Below, in pieces: positions 42,542 to 52,121 of a stretch of 64,000 nucleotides of DNA; the stretch's first letter is position 1; each line of letters opens with the position of its first letter. The position numbers were made by a program, and so were the translations under genes. The stretch is from an uncultured Clostridia bacterium (GTDB taxonomy: Bacteria; Bacillota; Clostridia; TANB77; CAG-508): positions 9,401 through 73,400 of the forward strand of contig CALYAA010000004.1 of assembly GCA_944393385.1 (NCBI GenBank), written 5' to 3'. The notes under the pieces were generated by a model. That model saw nothing but the letters and a program-made list of their open reading frames with translations, was not told the origin of the DNA and did no database searches.

Positions 42542-43261
42542 TTATACAGCTTGTTGTCCTTCAGTATTTTCTGCTTCAGCTTTTTGTGTTTTTCCATCTT
42601 CACTTAACAATTCTAAGCCACATACAGAAACTTCATAAGCAGTTTTTGTTTCAACTGTTCCATCTTCATGTTTCTTTTCATATTGTCTTGATTGAACTCT
42701 TCCTACAATTTTTACTTGAGCTCCAACTTCTATGTTTTGACAGAATCTTGCATTTCTTCCCCAAGCTATTGTAGGAATATAGTCTGATTTATTATATGCT
42801 CTATTTACAGCTAATAATAAATCTGCAATTTCTCTTCCAAATGGTGTTTGTCTGTATATTGGTTTTTTACATACAAATCCAATAAGTACAACTTCATTTG
42901 TCATTTCATCTTTCTTTGGAGCTTCTTCACTATTTTCTCCTTCTTGTGCTTCTACTTCAGGTAATTCTTGAACATCCTTAGCAAAAACAGTTAATACTAA
43001 TTTGTTTTTTTCATTTTCAAAGCTGTTGTATGATCTAAATTGTCCTTTAATTAATAATTTTTTTCCTTCTGTTAAAGTATTTTCAGAAATTAATCTTTCT
43101 GAAACTGTAATTGGGATAATATCTGCATTTCCACTTAAACGTGCTATAGATAATGAAAATCTATAGAATTTCTCCCCATAAATTTCGTGGCTAAATGTTT
43201 TTTCGCCTGTAACTCTTCCAACTAATGTTAAGTAGTTGTTTTCTAAATAATTTGTATCCAA
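42542..43261 (-). CDS. ssb: Tandem-OB single-stranded DNA-binding protein (clostridial type)
   Basis: FSHEIYGEKFY, RLSGNADIIP, YRQTPFGREIADLLLAVNRAYNKSDYIP, GRVQSRQY. Confidence 0.88.
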   Translation of the reverse strand: MDTNYLENNYLTLVGRVTGEKTFSHEIYGEKFYRFSLSIARLSGNADIIPITVSERLISENTLTEGKKLLIKGQFRSYNSFENEKNKLVLTVFAKDVQELPEVEAQEGENSEEAPKKDEMTNEVVLIGFVCKKPIYRQTPFGREIADLLLAVNRAYNKSDYIPTIAWGRNARFCQNIEVGAQVKIVGRVQSRQYEKKHEDGTVETKTAYEVSVCGLELLSEDGKTQKAEAENTEGQQAV

Positions 43262-43442
43262 TTTTATTTCCTCCCTATCTTTTTATTTTATCAATTGTAA
43301 ATAATCTTCTTGCGTTTTTTATTTTAAAATTTTCTACATTACTTATTATACTACACTTTTTTGGTTTTGTCTACATAAAAAGTTAATTTTTTGTAAATTT
43401 TTTCTTAATTTTTTCTATTTTTAGGTATTTATACCTTAGTTT

Positions 43443-43931
43443 TTAAAAATTATGCAACTCTTTTATAATAAATTTTATTATTTTTATATAAATATTATTA
43501 TTTTTCTCATTCAATAATTCTATTTTTCTTTCTTGATTTTCAATTTTTTCATTATTTACTTTCTCAATCTCTCTTTGTATACTTAAAATTATATATTCTT
43601 CTTTTACACTAGAAATAGATATTGTTGCTTTTGAGTTAAAACCATATGTTATTATTTTTAAAGGCTTCTTTAATTCTATATTGTTTAATAATTGTATATT
43701 TGTGTCTGTATTTATAATAATATATTTCGATTCACATATTATCTTTATAAAAACATTATGTTCTTGTTCATTTAGAATTAGATCTTTATTAATAATAATT
43801 TGTTCAAATTTTATATTTTTTAGATTTTCTATACTTTTATTATTAATTTCAATAATTTCATAATTTGTATCAAGTTTATTTTTTATTTCTCTAATATCCT
43901 TTTTTTTTGCAATTATTCCAATTAGGGACAT
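43443..43931 (-). CDS. Hypothetical protein (Mur-ligase middle-domain-like fragment)
   Basis: IIINTD...IITYGFNSKATISISS. Confidence 0.65.
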   Translation of the reverse strand: MSLIGIIAKKKDIREIKNKLDTNYEIIEINNKSIENLKNIKFEQIIINKDLILNEQEHNVFIKIICESKYIIINTDTNIQLLNNIELKKPLKIITYGFNSKATISISSVKEEYIILSIQREIEKVNNEKIENQERKIELLNEKNNNIYIKIIKFIIKELHNF

Positions 43932-43998
43932 TTTTGCTCTCCTTAATTATTAATATGTACAAACTCTTTTATGTTCATTTTTCCCTTTAAATACAATT

Positions 43999-44769
43999 TT
44001 ATTCATCTTGTTGTAGTATTTGTGTTCCATTACTATTAATTATATAGTTATCTTTATAAATTAAATCTGATACTTTTACAAAATTATATCCCTGATTTTT
44101 TATATTCTTGATAAGCGTATCTAAACTGTCTGCTGTATGTTCTGTACCATTATGACTTAAAATAATTGCTCCATTTGATAGTTTACTTTTAATTCTATTC
44201 CACATTTGTTCACAATTTAGACCTTCATAATCTAATGTATCTATATTCCACTGGATAGGAAAATATCCATTATTTTTTGCTGTTTCTATCACAATATCAT
44301 TATATTCACCATATGGAGTTCTATATAAAGTTACTTTTTGGTTTATAATTTTTTCAATTTTATTTACACTTGTTTTTATTTCTTCTAAGTTTTTTTCAGA
44401 AGATAATTTATTTACATGTGGATGTGTATTGCTATGAGTACCTATTTCATGCCCTTCTTCTGCAATTTTCTTTACCGCTTCTGGATATTTATCTACCCAT
44501 TCTCCTACAATAAAAAAAGTTATTTTTACATTATTATTTCTAAGTGTTTCTAATATACTGTCTATATCATCTGCATTCCAAGCACAATTCATTGTAAAAG
44601 CTATATTTTTTTCGTCTGTTTGTACATTATAAATCGGCAAGTTTCTTTCTAAAGCTGATGTTTGTATTACATCATTTTTATCAATATTTGCTATAAAAAT
44701 TAACAAAACTACTGTTAAAACAGAAACAACATAAGTTTGAATTTTTTCTTTGCTAAATACCAAAAACAT
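43999..44769 (-). CDS. pdaB: Polysaccharide deacetylase, PdaB-like
   Basis: TFFIVGEW, GHEIGTHSNTHPH, RTPYGEY, QWNIDTLD, IILSHN; GAATAAA-13-CATAAATA sigmaE-like promoter upstream. Confidence 0.75.
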   Translation of the reverse strand: MFLVFSKEKIQTYVVSVLTVVLLIFIANIDKNDVIQTSALERNLPIYNVQTDEKNIAFTMNCAWNADDIDSILETLRNNNVKITFFIVGEWVDKYPEAVKKIAEEGHEIGTHSNTHPHVNKLSSEKNLEEIKTSVNKIEKIINQKVTLYRTPYGEYNDIVIETAKNNGYFPIQWNIDTLDYEGLNCEQMWNRIKSKLSNGAIILSHNGTEHTADSLDTLIKNIKNQGYNFVKVSDLIYKDNYIINSNGTQILQQDE

Positions 44770-44909
44770 TTTTGTACCTCCTGTTTTAGATATTTAATAT
44801 TTATGCATGATTATTAGTTTTATTCAAATTTTTATAGAAACATCCAAAAATGAGGACTCCTTATTTTTAGGATATCCTCATTGCTTAAAGTACTATTTCT
44901 TTTTAACTC

Positions 44910-46217
44910 TTATATAAATTTTTCAATATACTCTATTAAAAATAATGGAATATTTATAATTTTTCCGTCCTTTTTTAAATTGTTCATTGAAAATCTTATT
45001 GATAAATCACTATTAAATTTTTCATTATATCTAGTTAAACTAATATTATTCTTTGATTTATTTGCTTTAACCTCAATAGGTATTATGTTATTTCTATATT
45101 GAATCACAAAATCTATTTCATGTCTATCAAATGTAAAATAATTAGGAACTACATCAAATATAATACATAACATATTTAATACATAGTTTTCAGTAAATGC
45201 ACCTTTAAATTCTTCAAATAATTTATCTCCTTCTACAACTATCCTACTATCTAAATTTGACATTCTTCTAAGTAAACCAACATCATTCATATAAATTTTA
45301 AATGAGTTTAAATCATTATAGGCTTTTAATGGAAAGTCTGTTTTGGTTACATTATATACTTTGTAAATCAAATTTGCATCATTTAGCCAATTTAATGAAT
45401 TTTCGTATTCCCTTGCTCTTGCTCCTTCTTTTATCGTTTGATATAAGAATTTTTTATTTTCTTTCGCTAATTGTGATGGTATACTATTCAATATTAAAGA
45501 TATTTTGTTTGCTTCGCTATTTTGTGTGTGTTTTGAAAAATCACTTTCATATGCTTTTAATATGTTTTCTTGTATAGTGTTTACAAGTTCCATATCTTTT
45601 TCTTTTACCCATACATTAACTGCTTCTGGCATACCTCCAATTATAAAATATGCTTTTAATTTTTCTTCTAATTGATTAAAAAATATATCTGGAATATTTT
45701 CAACCTCTTTTATTGACTTCATGTATTCTACTAGATTCTCACAATTGTCTGCTATCAAAAATTCACTAAATGTCATTGGGTACATATTTAAAAATTCTAC
45801 TTTTCCTACTGGAAATGATGTATGTGATAGTCTAATCCCTAGCAAACTTCCTGCACAAACTATATGATACTCATTTGCTTCTTCCTGAAAATATTTTAAA
45901 CTGTTTAATGCATTTGGGCATTCTTGGATTTCATCAAAGATAATTAATGTTTTTTCTGGTAGTATCGCTTTTCCATAGATAAAGGATAATTGCTCCAATA
46001 TTCTTTTTGGATCTTTGGTATTATTAAATAGATTATATAAATCTTCATCATGATCAAAATTGAAATATGCTACTCCTTCATAATTTTCTTCTCCAAATTG
46101 TTTTAAGATATATGTTTTCCCTATTTGCCTTGCACCTTTTAAAATTAAAGGCTTTCTATATTTACTTTCTTTCCATTTTATTAATCGGTCTAATATAAAT
46201 CTCTTCAATTTAACCAT
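44910..46217 (-). CDS. AAA_14 ATPase with DUF4143
   Basis: GARQIGKT, IFDEIQ, AGSLLG, GGMPE, DVGLL, EIDF...PIEVK. Confidence 0.92.
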   Translation of the reverse strand: MVKLKRFILDRLIKWKESKYRKPLILKGARQIGKTYILKQFGEENYEGVAYFNFDHDEDLYNLFNNTKDPKRILEQLSFIYGKAILPEKTLIIFDEIQECPNALNSLKYFQEEANEYHIVCAGSLLGIRLSHTSFPVGKVEFLNMYPMTFSEFLIADNCENLVEYMKSIKEVENIPDIFFNQLEEKLKAYFIIGGMPEAVNVWVKEKDMELVNTIQENILKAYESDFSKHTQNSEANKISLILNSIPSQLAKENKKFLYQTIKEGARAREYENSLNWLNDANLIYKVYNVTKTDFPLKAYNDLNSFKIYMNDVGLLRRMSNLDSRIVVEGDKLFEEFKGAFTENYVLNMLCIIFDVVPNYFTFDRHEIDFVIQYRNNIIPIEVKANKSKNNISLTRYNEKFNSDLSIRFSMNNLKKDGKIINIPLFLIEYIEKFI

Positions 46218-46260
46218 CTCCTATAATTAATATATCATAATCATACATTAATTATACTAC

Positions 46261-46342
46261 TTTTATCACATTTTTGCAATATTTTTTATTTGTTTTATCA
46301 CACTTTTGCAAGTGTTTTTGAGATTTTTATCACATTTTTGCA
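46261..46342. repeat. Three 18-bp direct repeats at 32-bp period
   Basis: TTTTATCACA(T/C)TTTTGCA at 46261, 46293, 46325. Confidence 0.9.
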
Positions 46343-46415
46343 TTCTTATATTTCAATTTCTTTCACAACTTCTAATGTTTCCATATTAGCTACTTTAACA
46401 ATATCTGCTTCATAC

Positions 46416-46442
46416 AAAAAAATACCGCTTCGGGTATTTTTT
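46416..46442 (-). terminator. Intrinsic terminator
   Basis: AAAAAATACC-GCTTCG-GGTATTTTTT. Confidence 0.75.
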
Positions 46443-46477
46443 CTCTCTTAAACATAACTTCCATCTTGCATTCTGTT

Positions 46478-47194
46478 TCAATAAAATATTTTTAATATGC
46501 CTTCATAAAATGGAAATTTTAATTTTTTTATTTCTTTTATAACTTCATCAACATTATATGGAATATTTAGCTGTTCATAATTTATTTTACCTTCTTTTAT
46601 ATCAAGCACTCCGGCTTTTGCTATATTACTTTTTAACGGACAGCCTAAAGAACCAGAATTTATATACCACTTATTTTCTTTACTGTTACTACTAACAGTA
46701 TGTGTATGACCAAATAAAAATATATTTGCTTTTTCATTAAACAATTTTTCACATTCTTCAATACTAGGTTTTTTGATAAATTTCTTATAATTTCCTTTCT
46801 CATCAAAGGGATAATGTACTATATAAATTCTTTTATTTTCTATCTCAATATTTTGTGATAACGGAATTTTACTTATAAATTTCTTAGATTTTTCACTCAA
46901 CATACTATGAACCCACTCATGATTTTTAATTTCATCTTGGCTCATTTGTCTTTTATCATCATGAACATTTTTTGGTAGTCCTTTTAATAAATATTGCTCA
47001 TGATTGCCTCTTACAATTATCAATTTTTCTTCTATATCTAAAATCTTTTGAACTGTTTCTTCTGGATTTGGTCCTATTCCTATTATGTCTCCGCAACATA
47101 TTATTTTATCTACTTTTCTCTTTTTGAACTCATTTAAAACTGCATTTAGTGCAATAATATTACTATGTATATCTGTTATTATCCCTAATCTCAT
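46478..47194 (-). CDS. Metallophosphoesterase (YfcE-like)
   Basis: DIHSN, GDIIG, RGNHE, FGHTH, NSGSLG. Confidence 0.92.
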   Translation of the reverse strand: MRLGIITDIHSNIIALNAVLNEFKKRKVDKIICCGDIIGIGPNPEETVQKILDIEEKLIIVRGNHEQYLLKGLPKNVHDDKRQMSQDEIKNHEWVHSMLSEKSKKFISKIPLSQNIEIENKRIYIVHYPFDEKGNYKKFIKKPSIEECEKLFNEKANIFLFGHTHTVSSNSKENKWYINSGSLGCPLKSNIAKAGVLDIKEGKINYEQLNIPYNVDEVIKEIKKLKFPFYEGILKIFY

Positions 47195-47221
47195 CTATAA
47201 TCACCTATAATTTTCTATTTT

Positions 47222-47761
47222 TTATATTTCTGCTTCTATTATTTCACAGTTTTCTATACGTATTTCTGACAAATCTTTGCTTTCTGGCATTCCAGATAAA
47301 TATGCCTTTACTACTTTTGCTACTCCTCCATGAGCTACAATTAAGACTGTTTTTTCGTTATATTTTTGTTTTGCTTCTTTTAAGAATTCTATAATCCTTT
47401 TTTCAAAGTCATGTAAGTTTTCTCCATTAGGTATATTGTAGTTTAAATCATAATTCCATATTCTTTTTTCAATTTCATCAGTTACTATGTGACCCTCATA
47501 TTCTCCTAATTTTCTTTCTCTAATTCTTTCATCTGTTATTATAGGCAAATTTCTCCCATTATCTATTATTTGTGCAGTTTGTTTTGCTCTATTCATTGGA
47601 GAACATAATATTACATCAAATTTTATGTTTTCTAGATTTTTCTTTGTTTCTTGTGCTTGATTTATTCCTGTTTCATTTAGGTCTTTTTCCGTTCCTCCAC
47701 CTTGCATCTTTTTCATTAAGTTAAAATCAGTCTGTCCATGTCTTACATAATAAATCTTCAT
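47222..47761 (-). CDS. Histidine phosphatase family protein
   Basis: RHGQT, SPMNRAKQTA, RE, AHGG. Confidence 0.93.
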   Translation of the reverse strand: MKIYYVRHGQTDFNLMKKMQGGGTEKDLNETGINQAQETKKNLENIKFDVILCSPMNRAKQTAQIIDNGRNLPIITDERIRERKLGEYEGHIVTDEIEKRIWNYDLNYNIPNGENLHDFEKRIIEFLKEAKQKYNEKTVLIVAHGGVAKVVKAYLSGMPESKDLSEIRIENCEIIEAEI

Positions 47762-47821
47762 ATTTACTCTTTTCCTTTCATGAGTTAAAAATCTAGTTGA
47801 AAAAAATTAAATTAAAAATTT

Positions 47822-48619
47822 TCAACCTTTATTTAATTTCTGTCTAACATACTCATACATCACTATTCCAGCTGCAACAGATGCATTTAAACTTTCTGTT
47901 CTTCCAAGCATTGGAATTTTTGCTTTTTCATCAGCAATTTCTTGAATTTCTTTAGAAACACCATTAGCTTCATTTCCTATAACTATAATCTTTTTATAAA
48001 AATCAATATCATAAATACTATTTTCTGTTTGTAATGATGTTACTAAAAGTTTGAAATGATGTTTTCTTATATCTTTGATTGTTTTTATCAAATCTTCTTT
48101 CTCAATTATTTTTATTCTAAAAATAGCTCCCATAGTTGAACGAACTACTTTTGAGTTAAAAGCATCAGCAGTTCCTTTTGAAACTACTATTTGATTAAGG
48201 CCTATACTATCAACTGTTCTTAGAATTGTTCCTAAATTTCCTGGATCTTGAACATCATCTAATGCTACTATAATTTCTTGGCTATAATCAATTTCATTGT
48301 TTTCGTTATTTTTTTCTATTATAGCCATTATTCCTTGAGGATTTGTAACTTGAGTTATTAAATTAAAAATTTTATCTGTAACATATATACAATCATATTT
48401 TGCAATTTCTAACATTATATGTGTAGGAATTTCATATGTTTTTGTTGTGTCATTACAAACAATCACTTGTTTAATTTTAACATTTTCTTTAATAGCTTCT
48501 TCAACAATTTTTACTCCTTCTATAACATATTCATTAAATTCATCACGATATTTTTTTTCTTTTAATTTTCTTATATGTTTGATAATTTCATTATCTTTAC
48601 TTGTGATAATTTGCATCAT
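47822..48619 (-). CDS. TrmH family RNA 2'-O-methyltransferase
   Basis: QDPGNLGTILRT, GNEANG, IPM...ESLNAS. Confidence 0.93.
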   Translation of the reverse strand: MMQIITSKDNEIIKHIRKLKEKKYRDEFNEYVIEGVKIVEEAIKENVKIKQVIVCNDTTKTYEIPTHIMLEIAKYDCIYVTDKIFNLITQVTNPQGIMAIIEKNNENNEIDYSQEIIVALDDVQDPGNLGTILRTVDSIGLNQIVVSKGTADAFNSKVVRSTMGAIFRIKIIEKEDLIKTIKDIRKHHFKLLVTSLQTENSIYDIDFYKKIIVIGNEANGVSKEIQEIADEKAKIPMLGRTESLNASVAAGIVMYEYVRQKLNKG

Positions 48620-48637
48620 TTCCTCCAATTTCATAAA

Positions 48638-51600
48638 TTATTTTTGTATTGAAATAACATCTTCCAAAAACTTTTTAACTTCTTTTAACATAGGCATTCT
48701 TGTAGAATTATCTAATGCAATTGTAATTTGAGGTTTAACTCCTTGAGAAAATCTTATTTTATTTTTATATTTTTTTACTAGTTCATTTACATCTATATTT
48801 AGTTCTTTTGCTTCAAAAATAAATACTACAAAATTACGTCTTCCTTGAACTTTGCTGATATTAAGTTTTTTACATAGAATCTTAATTCTTGCAATTTCAA
48901 GTAAATTTTCAATTTCTTTTGGCATGTTTCCATACCTATCAATCATTTCATCAATTACATTTTGAATATCTTCTTCATTTTTACATAAAGCAATATCTTG
49001 ATATATTTCAATTTTTTGACTTGAGTCTGATATATATTCATCTGGAATATAACAAGTTGCCTCTAAATCTATTTGCACATCAATTTCTGGTTTTACTTCT
49101 TCACCTTTCATTTCTTTTACAACTTCATCTAATAAATTACAATAAGTATCATATCCAACCTGTTCTAAATGTCCACTTTGAATTTCTCCAAGTAAGCTTC
49201 CTGCTCCTCTTATTTCTAAGTCTCTCATAGCAATTTTAAATCCAGAACCAAATTCTGTAAATTCTTTTATTGCTTTTAATCTTTTATCAGCAACTTCTGA
49301 TAAAAGTTTGTCTTTTTTATATGTTATATATGCATATCCTTGTCTATCAGACCTTCCTACTCTTCCTCTAATTTGATATAATTGTGCTAATCCCATCCTA
49401 TCTGCATTTTCAACAATAATTGTATTTGCATTTGGTATATCTATTCCAGATTCTAAAATTGTTGTACAAACCAATACATTTGTTTTCCTTTCAATAAATT
49501 CTTCCATAATATTTTCTATTTCATGTCCTGTCATTTGTCCGTGTGCATAAACAACTTTGGCTTCTGGAACTAAATTTGAAATTTCATTTGCTTTTTGCAT
49601 AATTTTTTCTACATTATTAAATAAATAAAATACTTGACCATTTCTTTCAAGCTCTCTTGTAATTGCTTCTCTAATTACTTCTTGATCATATTCTAATACA
49701 TAAGTTTGTACTGGTTTTCTATTATATGGTGGTTCATATATAACAGACATATCTCTTACACCAACTATTGACATATGAAGTGTTCTAGGTATAGGAGTCG
49801 CTGTCATTGTTAAAACATCTATAGTTTCTTTATATTGTTTTATTTTTTCTTTATCTCTTACTCCAAAACGATGTTCCTCGTCTATAATCAATAACCCCAA
49901 GTCTTTAAACTCAACATCTTTACTTAAAATTCTATGAGTTCCAACTACGATATCTATTTCCCCTAATTTTAAATTTTTAATAATCTCTGTTTGCTGTTTT
50001 TTCGTTTTAAATCTATTTAAAACTTCAACTTTAACTCCAAAATTCAACATTCTGTCTCTAAATTCTTTATATTGTTGTTCTGCTAGAACTGTTGTTGGTG
50101 CTAAATATGCAACTTGTTTTCCACTCATAACAGCTTTAAATGCGGCTCTAATTGCAACCTCTGTTTTTCCATATCCTACATCCCCACAAAGAAGTCTGTC
50201 CATCGGTTTATCCATTTCCATATCTTTTTTTACTTCTTCAATGCATCTTAATTGGTCATCTGTTTCTTGATATGGAAAGCTATCTTCAAATTGTGTTTGC
50301 CAAGGAGTATCTGGTGCAAAAGCATATCCTTTTGATTTTTCTCTTCTTGCATATAATTCTATTAATTCTCTTGCAACCTGTCTTAGATTTTTCTTAACTT
50401 TTGCTTTTGTATTTAACCATTCTTTAGTTCCTAATTTATTTATTTTAAGACCATTTTCGTCTCCACCAATATATTTTCTGACACTGTCTAATTGGTTTGT
50501 TGGAACATATAATATATCATCTCCATAATATTTAATTTTTATATAATCTTTTGTTGTTCCATCTGCAGTAATAGTATTTACACCAATAAAAATTCCTATA
50601 CCATAATTTTTATGTACAACATAATCTCCTATTCTTAAATCTGCATATACTACTTTTTCTCCTTCTTTAAATGCTGTTGATTTATATGTTTTCCTTTTTT
50701 CTCCCTCTATTAATTCTTGTGATGTTATAACTACTTGTTTTGTATCAAAACATTCAAATCCAGAAGATAATTTTCCAATACTTACTGTTACAAAACTTTC
50801 TTCACTTTTTGTTATTATTTGTTGATTTAATTTTTCTTCATATTTGTACAAAATTTCTTTTTCATCTAATAAAGAACATATTTTTTTAGCTTTTTCTTTT
50901 GTTTCTGCTAAAATATATACTTTCTTTTTGTTCTCTTGATCTTTTAAGATTTCTTTGAAAAATATTTCTATTTCAGTTTTTACAAAATTTTTTTCTTTAT
51001 AAACCCAGTTAAATTTTTCTGCTTGAATTTTTATGTCATTATCTAATTTTTCTATATAAACTATTTGTTTGTTTTCTAGTTTTTCTTCAATTTGTTCATA
51101 ACTGCATATATCTTTTAATGCATCTGGAACGATTTTTTCTTTTTCAATTAGTAATTGAATAACATTTTGACAATCTTTATTTACATTTAAACTTCTCTGT
51201 TTAACTTTGTTTATTTCATCAAATATTATTAAACATTTTCTATTCAAATAATCTAAAATGGTATCTTGCTCTTCATAAAAAGCATTAAAATAACGATCGA
51301 TTTTACTTATATAATTTCCTGATTTTATTGTTTCAATATCTTGTTCAATTTGATTTTGTAATTTTTCTTTATAAATTGTTTTTCTAATTTTAGAAATAAC
51401 ATTATCAATAGGTTTTTCCAATATATATTCATGAGCTGGATATATTGTAATTTTTTCTATATTTTCGGTAGATCTTTGACTAATTATATTAAAATATCTT
51501 ATGGAATCAATTTCATCTCCCCAAAATTCAATTCTTACTCCTTCCTTTTCAGTCAAAGAAATATCTACAATTCCTCCTCTTACACTAAATTGACCTCTTC

Positions 51601-52102
51601 CTTCTATTAAGTCACATCTAGTATAGCCCAAGTCAACCAATTTTTTCTTTACTTCCTCTAAGTTTTGAACATCTCCTATTTTTAACTTTAAAACATTTTT
51701 GTATAATGAATTTTTACTAATTATTTTTTGAAGTACAGCCTCTATTGTTGTTATAACTATTCCTGTTTTCATTTCTTGAATTTTATTTAATATTTCTATT
51801 CTTTCATATGGCAAATCTTTACTCTCTGCAACATAATCATATGTTACAATTTCCTTTTTTGGTAAATACATAACTTTATCAGTGAAATAAGAAATATCTT
51901 GTAATATTTTTTTTGCTTGAATTTCATTATATGTTACAATAAAGATTGGCTTTTTGGTAAATTCTTTTGTTGCAGAAATCATTTGTACCATTCCAACGTC
52001 TGTTAAGCCCGATAAAGCTATCGGGCTTGTTTTATTTTCTATTGAATTGATATATTCTTTAAATTTAGGATTTTTTCCTAATTCTCCAAGTATCGTATTC
52101 AT
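48638..52102 (-). CDS. mfd: Transcription-repair coupling factor
   Basis: CarD-like RID, CGDVGYGKT, IDEEHRFG, QIRGRVGRS, TRCF C-terminus; RBS favours ATG 52102. Confidence 0.97.
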   Translation of the reverse strand: MNTILGELGKNPKFKEYINSIENKTSPIALSGLTDVGMVQMISATKEFTKKPIFIVTYNEIQAKKILQDISYFTDKVMYLPKKEIVTYDYVAESKDLPYERIEILNKIQEMKTGIVITTIEAVLQKIISKNSLYKNVLKLKIGDVQNLEEVKKKLVDLGYTRCDLIEGRGQFSVRGGIVDISLTEKEGVRIEFWGDEIDSIRYFNIISQRSTENIEKITIYPAHEYILEKPIDNVISKIRKTIYKEKLQNQIEQDIETIKSGNYISKIDRYFNAFYEEQDTILDYLNRKCLIIFDEINKVKQRSLNVNKDCQNVIQLLIEKEKIVPDALKDICSYEQIEEKLENKQIVYIEKLDNDIKIQAEKFNWVYKEKNFVKTEIEIFFKEILKDQENKKKVYILAETKEKAKKICSLLDEKEILYKYEEKLNQQIITKSEESFVTVSIGKLSSGFECFDTKQVVITSQELIEGEKRKTYKSTAFKEGEKVVYADLRIGDYVVHKNYGIGIFIGVNTITADGTTKDYIKIKYYGDDILYVPTNQLDSVRKYIGGDENGLKINKLGTKEWLNTKAKVKKNLRQVARELIELYARREKSKGYAFAPDTPWQTQFEDSFPYQETDDQLRCIEEVKKDMEMDKPMDRLLCGDVGYGKTEVAIRAAFKAVMSGKQVAYLAPTTVLAEQQYKEFRDRMLNFGVKVEVLNRFKTKKQQTEIIKNLKLGEIDIVVGTHRILSKDVEFKDLGLLIIDEEHRFGVRDKEKIKQYKETIDVLTMTATPIPRTLHMSIVGVRDMSVIYEPPYNRKPVQTYVLEYDQEVIREAITRELERNGQVFYLFNNVEKIMQKANEISNLVPEAKVVYAHGQMTGHEIENIMEEFIERKTNVLVCTTILESGIDIPNANTIIVENADRMGLAQLYQIRGRVGRSDRQGYAYITYKKDKLLSEVADKRLKAIKEFTEFGSGFKIAMRDLEIRGAGSLLGEIQSGHLEQVGYDTYCNLLDEVVKEMKGEEVKPEIDVQIDLEATCYIPDEYISDSSQKIEIYQDIALCKNEEDIQNVIDEMIDRYGNMPKEIENLLEIARIKILCKKLNISKVQGRRNFVVFIFEAKELNIDVNELVKKYKNKIRFSQGVKPQITIALDNSTRMPMLKEVKKFLEDVISIQK

Positions 52103-52121
52103 ATTTGTTATTAATCCTTTC

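Noticed and set aside
33141-47824. TGA reassignment (code 4 or 25)
   Set aside because: Long conserved genes are intact under code 11, use TGG for Trp, and trmH ends naturally at TGA
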